This document shows positions 14,160-25,903 of a stretch of DNA of 64,000 bases, one piece after another. The position numbers were made by a program, and so were the translations under genes. The stretch's first letter is position 1; the number at the start of each line of letters is the position of its first letter. The notes under the pieces were generated by a model. That model ran no database searches, was not told the DNA's origin, and worked only from the letters and a program-made list of their open reading frames with translations. The stretch spans positions 1,177,085-1,241,084 of the forward strand of contig JAAOMT010000135.1 in assembly GCA_016748015.1 (NCBI GenBank), read 5' to 3'. Origin of the DNA: Geosiphon pyriformis uo1. Its lineage: Eukaryota > Fungi > Glomeromycota.

Positions 14160-14262
14160 CATAACTGGCCATATATAATAAAAACATAAGTTGCATTTAG
14201 TTTGAGCTACTTAGTTTGGTTTTATGTACTAGATAACAATTAAGTTTTACTTATTAAACATT
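14160..14262 (+). mobile_element. ~100 bp LINE 3' UTR fragment, inverted relative to the adjacent full-length LINE
   Basis: tttagtttgagctacttagtttggttttatgtactag is the near reverse complement of ctagtacatagaaccaaaccaagtggctcaaactaaa (14408-14444). Confidence 0.75.
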
Positions 14263-14524
14263 TTAAATAAATGCTAAAAATTTAGTACATAAATTAAAAA
14301 AAGTTGTAATTATGAATAATTTATAAAATAAAAACAAGTTTTGTTTTTATTATTTTTGTAATTTTTTTTTTTTTATATTCATTTAACGAGTGAAGTCCAA
14401 CTACTACCTAGTACATAGAACCAAACCAAGTGGCTCAAACTAAACGCGATTCACGCACTTTCTACATGTGGTTAGCCATTTAGGCCAAACAAGGCAACAC
14501 TATACACTTAAATTAACACATGGA

Positions 14525-17500
14525 TTACCATTCAAACCGGAAAAAAAAACAAGGCCTGTGATGGCCAAAACTTACAGCAAAAGACTCCACAATGCCAAGC
14601 AACCTGATCATGCCATCCAAAAGCATAGAAGTCATGCAATGCGACAGTCTTAACACCAAACCATCATCACCAACCAAACCTGCCTTCTCCATGTTCACCC
14701 TAAATTTAGACCTAGCCAATCATACCTTAGATTAATGTAACTCAACCAAATACTTCACAAAGTCAACAATCACATTAGAAGCACACTTAATATCCTCAAA
14801 AATGCCAACAGCCTCTGCACACCAATCCTTAAGTGCAAATCCTCTACACAAAACTAAATACAAGCCAATGTCTGACTGGCAGAGATCAAAAGTCCTCAAA
14901 ACAGAGGAAAAAGACGAGTTACACGCACCAGCCATGGAAATCCAACAAGCAAATACCTCTGACAGAATATCCTCCCACACATAAACATCTCGAGAACAAG
15001 TAAAAACGTGGTTGGGCAACTCCACCTTATCATACAACAAATACTGAACACCAGGATAACATTTATTGTACAATTTTTTGCAAACAGCCACCAGCAATCT
15101 TCTATGTAGAGTCTTTATCAAGTATGTGCGAAGACTCGCCAATTTCCGGCTGGTAAATCCAGCAAGCATGTGCAAGTCAGGATGCCAGACCCATGCAGAA
15201 ATGTCACAATCAAAACACTGCAACAGAATAACTGGAACCACATTATAACCCGGACCAGCCTCCCAATGAGCATGACAAACAGATCTAAAAACATCCCTAA
15301 CGAAGTGACAAGCATTACCTGAAACCGCAGTACCCTCAACCAACAAAAAACACTCACAAACTCCAGACGGCAAAGAAATGGGAGAGCCAGCAGCCTTACC
15401 AGCCAGTGCATCAGCTTGATCATTGCCAGGAACTCCAGAATGACTCTTGATCTTAACCCAACTCACAGCAAGATCTTTATCCCTAATCAAATTGGCAACA
15501 TGTCTTCTCTCAATCCAACAATGATTGCAAAAGTCAGGGACAACAAAAGCCAATTCAGACACACACACATCAATGGCAGCTTGACTGTCGAGATGCAAAA
15601 CCACTGAACAGAAGAAAGGAATGCATTCCAGAGCAAGAGCCACAGCCTGCAATTCCGACAGAGTTGAAGATAAAAGCCCACATACACCAACACCAACTCT
15701 TGCATCCAAAGCAAGAAAATAAGCAGTAGTCCCACTAACCATGCTGGAGGAGCCAGCTGATTTCAATGAACCATCAGTATAAACATCCAAAGAGTCAGAC
15801 CAAACTTCAAGTAGACTATTTCGCACAAAAGCAAACTGTTCAAAGTCCAAAACACTACAGCCCAAAGAACCACCAGCATTATCAGCAGCATGTGGCGCCA
15901 AGCCCTTATCCAGCAAAAACTTATGCGTGACATTGAACCAATGAGGCACAGGGCCCCTGGGATCAAGTTTTTTCCAATGACGAAAAGTCTTCCAATCCAT
16001 TATAGCACCTTTTTTGTCAAGAAGTCTATTACCAAAGACAACCCCAAAACGCTTCAGAGAATGAACACAACTAAGAAACAAGGACTTCTCCAAAATCACA
16101 GGCATAGAAAAAACACCAGGATCCCTAAAAGCACTAGGCAGAATGTTTGCCAAAGACAGCTCACAATCCAAAAAAATTCTGACCATACCAGCTAAAAAAT
16201 TGTTCACAGGACTAACATGCAGCTTGACTGGAAACTGCAATAGATTCAAAGGCGTCCACCCAAGAACCTGCAAATCCAAGAAGTGATGAAGAAACAACCG
16301 ACCAAAAATACCCAGAGCATTCGAAAAAGAGATTACAGCAGCCACTTTGCTTTCGGATTGTATCTGATTGAAAGGCTTCAAGCCATAAAGAGAAGAATGA
16401 TGCAAAGCTTCATTCGGGAAGTCACGAGACAAGCAAGTCTTAGACCTGAGACCCTTCCTTACCAAAACGTCCCACTTGTGGCATATACCAGAGAAAACAA
16501 AACTAAACTGCATTCTGTAACTAATAATTGGCTGCAAAACAGCTAAGACCAAATAAGAAAACTGCTTGTCCATGATGGCTTTCCTGAGTACTACATTGGT
16601 AAAAAAACGGACATCCGAGTGTGTCTTGGCCAAACTAGGTTTGAACAACCCTTTAGTCGACAAAAAGATTCCCAGATATCTGTGAGCTTCACCCTTTTTT
16701 GCTATAGAGATCGGCTGATCACTAATACTTAATAAAGCAACCTTGACACCCTGATTAATTGGAATGACCACTGTCTTCTCATTATTAATTGAAATATTAT
16801 TGATAGAAAAAAATTCACTAGCAATATTAAAAGCATACTGCATGGAAGCCTGGCAATTTTCTACCCAAATTGTATCATCCACAAAAGCACCAGCAGCAAA
16901 AAAGGAGGACATTCCACCATTACTCTCAATTCTGTCAGTTCTCGCCACAAACTTAGTGTCAATCCTGTATCCACACAAATGTTCATGCCATTTGACTTCA
17001 CACAATAGCGGATCATAGAAGATTCTTCAAAGAAGGGGGGAGAAAACCTTACCTTAATTCAAACCATCATGCACATGATAGCCATCTAACAGACCAAAAT
17101 CCATCATGACCCTGTTAACCCTATCATTGTGTATGCCACTAAAGAAACTAATAAACCTACTGCACATCTTGATGCGCTTCAAGTTCACTTCCAAGTGGTA
17201 CCACCCAACTGAGTCATATGTTTTACTTATATTCTGCAACACTAAACAAAATTCTCGATTCTTTTCTAAAGCATTCTCAACTATTGAGCTGACAGTAAAC
17301 ACTGAAGACTGGGTAGATGTACCCTTTAAAACAGAAAAATTATCACCACGCAGAACACCAAACTTGCTACAAGCTGACAAAATCCTGTCAGAAAGAATCT
17401 TGGAGAGAATCTTTCTGGCAGTCTCAATTAGTGCAATAGGCCGAATGTTCATAAGAATCCCATCCCAGTCATAAGGTTTCGGAATCATTGAAACTCACAC

Positions 17501-19178
17501 TCTCCTCCACAAAGTAGGCACACCCCCAACAACCAAACATGTATTCAACAGCTCCAGAAGGCAATCCAACACCACATCACCACCATGCTTCCACAGCTCA
17601 TTAGGAATGCCAGACAAGCCAGCAGCCTTGCCATTAGACAGACCCCCAACAACTGAGAACAGCTTACCCAAACCAATTTCACGCATTATCCCAGAAAAAG
17701 TGTCATTCCGTACATGATCCAGAGGTGCATACTGGTGAGCCCAGAGTTCAAACACCACTGTAAGCACCACCCACTTCCTCGTCCATCTTACCATAATCTT
17801 GTCTACCTTAGACTTCACCTCCACAGGTTCCAGAACCAAACCATTATTAACAACCAAATGATCAAGAATTACTTTGCAAAAAAGCCGATCCAATACACTC
17901 CTTATCATGCCCCCTTTATTAAAAGCAAAACTCTCCATGTGTCTCTCTACAGCTCCCCTAATAGAAGCTTTCTCAGCCAACCTTGATTCAAACATCTTTG
18001 CCTTCCTGTATTCTTTGCGACTTGATAACAAGTACTTAAGAAGAACCATACTACTTATATCCAATCAAATCAAATCAGAGAATGCGTAAGCTTTGGCTTC
18101 ATCTAAAGTAGACCATTTTCTCATGAGACAATCAACTTCAAACACATCACCAGCGCGAACCACACCAACAATCTTGGCAACGAGTAACTCCAACCCAAAG
18201 AACTTTGAAGAATACTTATTTCTAGAACATTGAAATTCACTAAACTATTGTCTAGAAAAAATCTCATCAGCAGACTCAACCATCACTTTTCCACATAATA
18301 TCCAAATTACTACCAGCTTTGGCATCAAAAAAGAGGTCCTTAATCAACAGAAGCTTAGCTGAAACACAATCTCTAAACTCAGACCACTTGGAAGCATCTG
18401 CGTCCTTGATCTTGAACTTCCAATGATCCTTGTTAGTCTGCTTGGACAAACTATTCAACTGAACATCCAAAAGTCTGCCCAGACCAACTAACACCATGAC
18501 AGCTTTGTGGTCTGTATTGAAAAATTCTGAGACTGACCCAATCCAATGCTTAGCAACAGCAAAAGACAAATTCTTACTAACCAAAATGTAATCAATAGTT
18601 TTTTCTATCCCTCTCGAGTTGCTCCATGTAGAAGTCTTTGCCAACTGATGGCCAACAAGCAAATTGACCAGACCAAGACCCAAGCAAAACCCATAACTTG
18701 CACTCCTTCCAGATTCATTTTTGTTAAAATTTCCACCCAAGACAACAAAATTGCTGGTATTAACAGCCTTAGCAATGAATGAATTAACCTCAGATGCCTG
18801 CCTAAAATGAATGCTCGGAGATGCGCCAGCATACAAACCAAGTACAGTCACTGAAAGCTTGTCTTTAAACAAAAGACACACCAAAATAACTCGACTAGAG
18901 ATCTCTTCAATCTTAGAAACATGTCGAGCCAATAAACTGTTCATAATAATCGCAATTTCAGCACCAACAAAACCCTTATCCAATCCTGAAGAAAAAATTT
19001 GCATTCCGTCGAACTTATCTGCAATTTATGACCTAGTAGAAGACCTCAACTTTGTTTTCGTAACAAACAAGACCAAATTGCCAGAATCACGATGCCAACA
19101 TATAACATCCTCCTACTTGGCAGAGACATTGATTCCACGAACATTACATATAGCAAATTTTCAAACCAAACTACTTAT
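14525..19178 (-). pseudogene. LINE ORF2 (AP endonuclease, reverse transcriptase, RNase H), interrupted by stop codons
   Basis: Endonuclease motifs NVRGIN, GGNFN, TIDYILVS and NTDH. RT motifs KAAGLSGI, IPKP, RPIALIE..KI, AFVDDT and RYLG. RNase H motifs YTDGS, ELQA, LDSQ and SHSG..GNDQADALA. Confidence 0.92.
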
Positions 19179-21022
19179 TGAGATGAAAACAGTAAAAAAG
19201 AACCCAAATCAGAACACAAGAGATCCAATCTCGCCAAAACAGAACCAACTAAAGCCTCCAGAGCCAACATTTTAGACTTCAAGCCACCCACTTTGGTGGT
19301 CAGAACCTTTGAACTACTTGAACTGAAACCCACATCCAACTCAGTATTTGAGAGAAGAGGAGAGAATAACGTCAACGCGTTATCCAAAACCATATCTGAG
19401 TCCAAAACAGGAGCCACAGGTACAGAGCCAACCAAAGAAGGAGTATTAGAAGATGGCACCATAGACACCAATTCAACAAAATTCAATTTCCTAAGAATGC
19501 CAGAAACCTGGTCAGCCAAAAGTTCAAGAGAGCGCTTCAAAGACGCCAACCAAGCATCCAAGGGAGACCCATCAATTGGGAAGGAGGGAACACCACCAAC
19601 CAAACCCAAAGCACTTGACAAAGAGAGGCCAAAACCAAAACCAGAACCAGAGGGAGAGCCACCAGCAGAGGAAGCAAGAGAGACCATCTGAGCCCAAAAT
19701 TTGCCACCAAAGGCAGCAGGGTGAGAGATAGGAACATTTTTCTTTGCATATAACTTGGCTAAATAAAAGTAATCTGCACTGAAAACATGTCTTTCTTTTT
19801 TTAAAGCAATAGAAGGTGCAGAAACAGAAACATCAGAAGCATCGCATTCCAAGGCTGAGTGTCCAAATCTCCCACACTTTTCGCACCGAACCAAGCCTAT
19901 AGCCCAAGAAAGTCTCACACTGCCAAAAATCAGTTCTGTGCAAAAAGCAGCTTCCAGTTTCTCCTTAGAATTAAAACCAACCACAGCACAACGAACCCTA
20001 TTGTCTATTTCAAATGACCAATTGATAATGCAAGTTTTCCCGTCAGCCTTCTTTAACAGATTGCCAAGATCATGAGCTGTTGTTCTCACCAGCAAAGTAA
20101 ACAACAGTGCTCTGAACTGATCTCTAGAAGTCCAAGTCTCATGATCTCCCACAGCCATAGTCACACACACTGAATTTTTCCTGATTAGGAACAACCACTT
20201 AGAAGCCAATTGTACTGCCTGTTCTGATTTGGCAAACTCAACCACAGTCTTTTGTCATAGCCCAACCAGTTGTATGCAGATTGACTTAATTTCTCCAAAT
20301 TCAGTTACTATGGCAATGATCATGTCCTTAGGTGTATCCATGGAAATTTTCTTGATTACTACGGCCCAATCTGAGCGAATTCCTTGTCTTTTGAGATCAC
20401 TGTTTACGATGATCCCCTTTTCCCTAGCCAATAATGTAGCTCTTTCCATGCTTTCTTCAGACATGAATGTAGATCTGATGATCCCTTCAAATTTTGAGGG
20501 GGTAGTGGCCCCCCCAAAACCATTGATTCCTGAAAATAATTTCCTTATGACCTGAGTCTTGGCCGTTGCCAATTTCTCTTCTACAGCCAAAAGATTAATG
20601 TCCAAAGTGAATGATTTTTTCATGGCGACTTCCACTTGAGTTTTAATGATTTTGGGATCCACCTACACCTTATCCAAAGAGAAAAACTTACAGGGGGGAA
20701 GAGAGACTTCCTCTTCTTCCTCCATGTTATAATTAATAGAGCCGAGAGGGAAGCTGACAGTCATACTATTATTGAAACACTTGGCTTAAAACGTATTCAT
20801 CCTGGAATCAGATACTTCTTTACTTTCGGAAGCTTCTCCATCAGTATTCATGCCATTAAACTACCTGACCACACAACCAGACCCACTATTTTTGAGAGTT
20901 GCACCACTACTTGAGAGCTTGGTACTACTGGGGAGTTTCTTGATTTTATGACCTGAACCACCACCAACCAAACTAGTGGTCAAAACTCTGGCTGACCTTC
21001 TCTTAACACTAGAACCACTCAT
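19175..21022 (-). pseudogene. LINE ORF1 (gag-like nucleic-acid chaperone)
   Basis: MSGSSVKRRSAR.. start at 21022. Track ORFs 20255-20662 and 19175-20245 are joined across a TGG>TGA stop. Zinc knuckle CEKCGRFGHSALEC and C-terminal coiled-coil-like segments are present. Confidence 0.85.
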
Positions 21023-21182
21023 AATGGCAGCTGGACTGACAACGAAAGAGTTTGTTTCTTGTAAAATGGTGGAAGACAGTATATAAAAAACAGAAAAACT
21101 TCTTTCAAAATTTTGACTCTTTTCCAGAATTTGAGACGAAAGAGAGAAAAAAGTTTTTTTCCTTTTTTTTTTTTGTAATTTT

Positions 21183-22740
21183 AATTTAATTATTAATACT
21201 TTTATTAAAAATATATAAGTAAACTTAATAATATTATGTTTATATTATTAAATATTTAAATTAAAACTAATATTTTTTTTATAAAATATTAAAATCTTTA
21301 AATTTTTTTTTATTGCTTTTATAAAATAGCCCAATTATTAATTACAGCCTAAAATACAAAGACTTTAAATAGCCGAAACTTATGCTTTTTTTACATATAA
21401 CTAGTTATTCGAGATTATACTATACTATCTAATCATTATTTTTAATCTATTATTAAGTAAATAATGATTAATAATATCAGTTACATAAGTAAAATTTTTA
21501 AATATATATAAATTTATAAAAATAAATAATTAAATACTTATATATTTATTTTAAAATACAATAAAAATTTTTAAATTAATAGATAATATAACTAAATTAT
21601 TATTTAACATATTTTATTTCTTGTAATTTTGTATATTAAAAATTGTGCAATATATATTGTTTAATTTTATTATATAATAAATAATTTATTTTAATTATAT
21701 TTATTATTATTAATAATATTTAAAAATTATTTATTAATTATAAAATTGTTAAAAATATTGCAAATTTTATTAAATTATATATAAATTTTGCAATAAAATA
21801 TTAAAAACAAAGTTTATATTTGTTAATTTATATTAAGTTAATATATTATAATATTAAAATACAATTTTATATTATATATTAATTAAATATTTGCTATTAA
21901 TAAAAATCTACCAGATTACTAAATAAAATATGTTTATAGTTAAATATATTGACTATTAAAATTATTATTTATTTGTTTTGTAATTAGATATTTAATAAAA
22001 AATTTAAATTATTTGTTATTTATAAATATAAATAGTATTTAATTTATAAAAATTTAATATATATACATATTATTAATATTATTAATTATAATTTAATCTT
22101 TGTATTTATATAAATAAAAACATTAAACATTAAATATAAATTAATTTATTATAAAATAAATTTATAATATTCTATATTAAAATATTAAATAATTATTAAT
22201 ATTGTGTTTTTTTTTTAAAATAAACATAATATATTTTGCAAAATATCAAGTTATTAAATTATTAAATTATATAATTATATATAATAACTATTTTTTATTT
22301 TATTAAAATATTATTATTTGTATTTAAATAATTTAATATGCTGTTTAACTTATAATTAAATTTAAATTTATTTTAAATAATGTTTTATTATTAGCATTTT
22401 GAACAAAAAATAAAATTTGTAAATAATTATATATATAATTAGAAATAATTTTAATAAGTACAATTTTATTTTAAAATAAAAAAACCATATTTCAAAATTT
22501 ATAACTGGTATTTTTATTGTATAAAATATTATAAAAAAAATCATGTTTGTATTATATTGTAATTATTTTATATTATGTTGTAATTATTTTTTTTGTTTAT
22601 ATATATGAAATAATTCTTGGTTTTATGTTTGATTACATGATTAAAAAAACCATAAAACCAACAATCTTTAAAACTAAGATTAAACTGGTATTATTCTGTT
22701 AAAAAATTATTTAGAATTGATTCTCTAAAAACCAGTTGAC
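21183..22740. other. Extremely AT-rich, CpG-depleted block, probably decayed repeats; includes a LINE-tail-like core at ~21378-21410
   Basis: No credible ORF. cttatgctttttttacatataactagttatt resembles the core of the LINE 3' UTR. Confidence 0.5.
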
Positions 22741-23174
22741 ATTCTTAAACAAACACAATTTTGGTAAATTCCCAATTTTTTTCTATTTACCAATCACCTC
22801 AAATAACTTTCAAAATTACAATTTTAGACACTAGATATTGAATAACATTAAAATTTTCGCCATTAGTAATGTCAAATGTTCATTTGTTTAATATCCTCAT
22901 TTTAAAATTATTAAAACATTAATAAATAGATAAAAAAATAATTTTATGACTGAGTCTGGATTTCTTTATCATATTTATCTTTTCTATTAACACAATTTCT
23001 GCTTTATCATCTGTAAGTTTTTACCTGTTGGAATTTTCTATAACAGTTTAGATTCTTGACAAAACGGAAAACAGACAAATAAATAAAAACACCAAGTTAT
23101 CAGCAGACAAAATTAAAGATCAAAGTGTAGCCTGGGAATGAGAACTCTGTGTCATTTTTTTAATAATTTTTTTT

Positions 23175-25749
23175 TTAAAGTTTAGCAGAAACTTCTCGCT
23201 TTGCTTGGGCAAGCTCAAATACATCACGCATTTCATCGGCAGCTTCTCTGAGATAATGCCACATTTTGTCATTTTGCAAATGCATCGAGACAATGTTGAA
23301 ATTGAGAGTTCGTGAATTGATCATATATGCGATGCCATAACCATCGGGTACCACTTCGCCCCAGCCATACCCATCAAAGTACTCGGACGAGAGTTGTGAA
23401 GTGGAAAGAGTCCAATGTGTAGATATGGCATAGGCAGGATCAGTAAAGATGGACGGCTTAGGTTCCTCCGGTTTTAGAGATAAGCGAAGTCCTGTAATTT
23501 GTCGAGCATCGAAATAATTAATAAAGCACAGGTTAAAGATGAATATGGTTTGTTGATGAACCTACCAAGTAAATGACGATCACAACCACGGCCTTCAACA
23601 GCTGCACTCATATATTTGACGTGCGCCTCGATTGCTTGACGACCTAATCCCGCCTTGGTCTCGATCTTGGAATCATTAATAGGGATTAGAATCCTTCAAA
23701 TAAATATTTTATAAAACGAAATTGAATGAAATTAAAAAGAAAAATATCATCTAGATTACACACCGATGCATTTGGATCTTCCATAAATTTGACCCATTTT
23801 ACAGAGTCAACAGATGTGGACCGACAAACCTCAGTTCTACCATGAGTGAATTTTCGGGTTTGAGCACTCTCATAAGTAGCCTTGCTTGTCCCGTACATTT
23901 TATAGTAAGCTAATTGAATCATCATTTGAACATAAGCGTCTGGTGAGAAACCTAATTTCTTGATAACTTCTTTGCCATATCCTTCGTATGACAAAACACG
24001 AAGATCATGTTTGGCCACTAGACTATCAAAGTTCTGTTCGGCCGTTCGTATAGCCCCAAAAATTTCCTTATTAATGGTGAATTCCAGTTTTTCGGGCATT
24101 GGTAAATCTGATCGGACATTTGTAGAGCCATGATCGACTTTATTCTTAGTTAGGACCTCACAAACAGAATGATTCAAACGGCAGGTAGGCATGCCGTCCA
24201 TTGATGAATGCTAAAAAAAAAAGAAAAATAGTTTAATCAGCTATTAAAACTAAATTTAATTAATTCAGTGTTAAATAATCTTGGCCTAAATACTGAGGAC
24301 GAATAATTGGTATCAAAACCTTATATATATTTAAACTTTTATTCTGTTAAACATACCTCGCCCATGAAGCCGGCCTTTCCATTTTCAAAAACAATAAATT
24401 GTAATGATTTGTCGTTGAAACGATTACGACCATTACCAACCCAGCATGCTTTACTGATTTCGTCGCGTGTAACTGGACTCGTATCATCCAAACAAAGCGC
24501 AAATGCAGCCGATTCAATCTTTTGCAGTGACTTCTCATTTTTAGGATCAGTCGCTATGAGGGTTTTCCTTACCTTTGATTGGATAAATCACTTTGATTGT
24601 AAGGAGCCATTGATAAAATTGATATATTAATATGAATAAAACAACAGTCACCTCTGTCCAGATGTCCCGGTTTTCGCACGTAAGAGCACCGATAGCAGGA
24701 TCTTTCGAGTAACCAGCCAAATCATAAATCTTACGAATTTGGCTTTCGAGATTCTCAGCTTTTTAGTTTAATTAAACACATCATTAAATTAGAAGAAAAT
24801 ATTTATGGATTACCTCTCAAGTTCAGCAGTAGATAATTGTTTCCCTTCTCTTATAAATTCCAATGTATAGAATTTATTATTTCGAATAATCACAATATGT
24901 TCATTAGAATGTGGATCATAGACTTTCTCGAAATCTGATGGTTTGTTAGGGATGCGACATGCATGAAACATGTATTTGTTGGACTCCATATCTAAAGGTA
25001 AACCTTTCGAATATTCAGGTTCTAATTGCTCGCTAAAAAGAGGATATGAGTAATTTTTCCCTAAAGTTGTGAAATCAAAGTCAAAGATTTTGCGAATACT
25101 TACTTGATGACCCAATCCCGAAATTGCAAAGCAGCAGTAACAATAGCTGCAGCTCTTGTGGCCGGGTCCTTTCTCAATTTATCATCCTTATACGCGTAGA
25201 AATAACTGACATAAACTACTACGGGATCACGATATCCAAAATAAGCTAAATCATTCCACCAATCTTCCAACCAATTGACAACATCTGGACGGCTTGCTTT
25301 TTCCAATAATCGTTTTTGAAGTTCTTCCCCAATGCCACCAGGTTTCTTGAATTCCTGAACAGCTTTTTTGGTTTCTGCATATTGTTCTGAGGTTATCAAG
25401 GGTTCAACAGATTTAAGGTATAGGTTTAATGTGTCAGCTAAGGCGGGAACCGGGAGACGTGGAAGGGCCTTTTGGTATCTATACATGGGTCCCACTGAGG
25501 TGTCAACAGAGTATGGAGGTTTTACGGAATTTGCTCCTCTAACAGGAGCAGCGGAGAACTTTCTTTGAACCATGTTACTGGTAAATAACTATTTACTCAA
25601 AAGATTTTGAAGGTAAAGGTTGGGTTTCCAGTATTTCTTATTCAGAGCTTTTAAATCACAAGTTAAATAAAAGAAATAATTACCAAGTGTTTTGGCTGCT
25701 TGCGTAAGCTTCGGCCTAGCGGAGAAAACAAGGCAAATCTAAAAGACAT
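23175..25749 (-). CDS. CAT2: Carnitine O-acetyltransferase, dual mitochondrial/peroxisomal type
   Basis: Motifs LPRLPVP, NWLEDWW, NRFNDKSLQ, catalytic EHSSMDG, SPDAYVQMMIQLAYY, YESAQTRKF.HGRTE, GRGCDRHL and TLSTSQ. The C-terminus -SAKL is a PTS1. Upstream exon 25684-25749 (MSFRFALFSPLGRSLRKQPKHL) splices in frame ahead of the second ATG at 25573. Confidence 0.93.
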
Positions 25750-25903
25750 GCAAATAACTTTTGGTTTGCCAAGCTAAGGATCTATTGAATAGATGGTGAA
25801 TCAACATCATGAATCCATGCAAATTAATTTATGCAAGGGCCTGCATAATCTGAAAATTTGAATAAGATCTACAGTAACGGATTTTTGAGTGATTACATTA
25901 AAA
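25750..25903. promoter_or_regulatory. Compact divergent (bidirectional) promoter between CAT2 and PIN4
   Basis: Only 154 bp separate the two divergent ATGs. A central inverted repeat TTATGCA-N6-TGCATAA lies at 25829-25848. Confidence 0.55.

Larger units (their letters stand above)
14366..21169 (-). mobile_element. Full-length non-LTR retrotransposon (LINE) with ORF1 and APE-RT-RNase H ORF2; inactivated
   Basis: Poly(A) tail at 14362-14374 and a 13 bp TSD TTTTTGTAATTTT at 14353-14365 and 21170-21182. ORF1 has an RRM-like region and a CCHC knuckle. ORF2 has endonuclease, RT, RNase H and a degenerate C-terminal Cys/His motif. Confidence 0.95.

Noticed and set aside
14802-20914. Many plus-strand ORFs (60-154 aa) over the younger LINE
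   Set aside because: Antisense shadows of ORF1/ORF2 with no independent domain signal.
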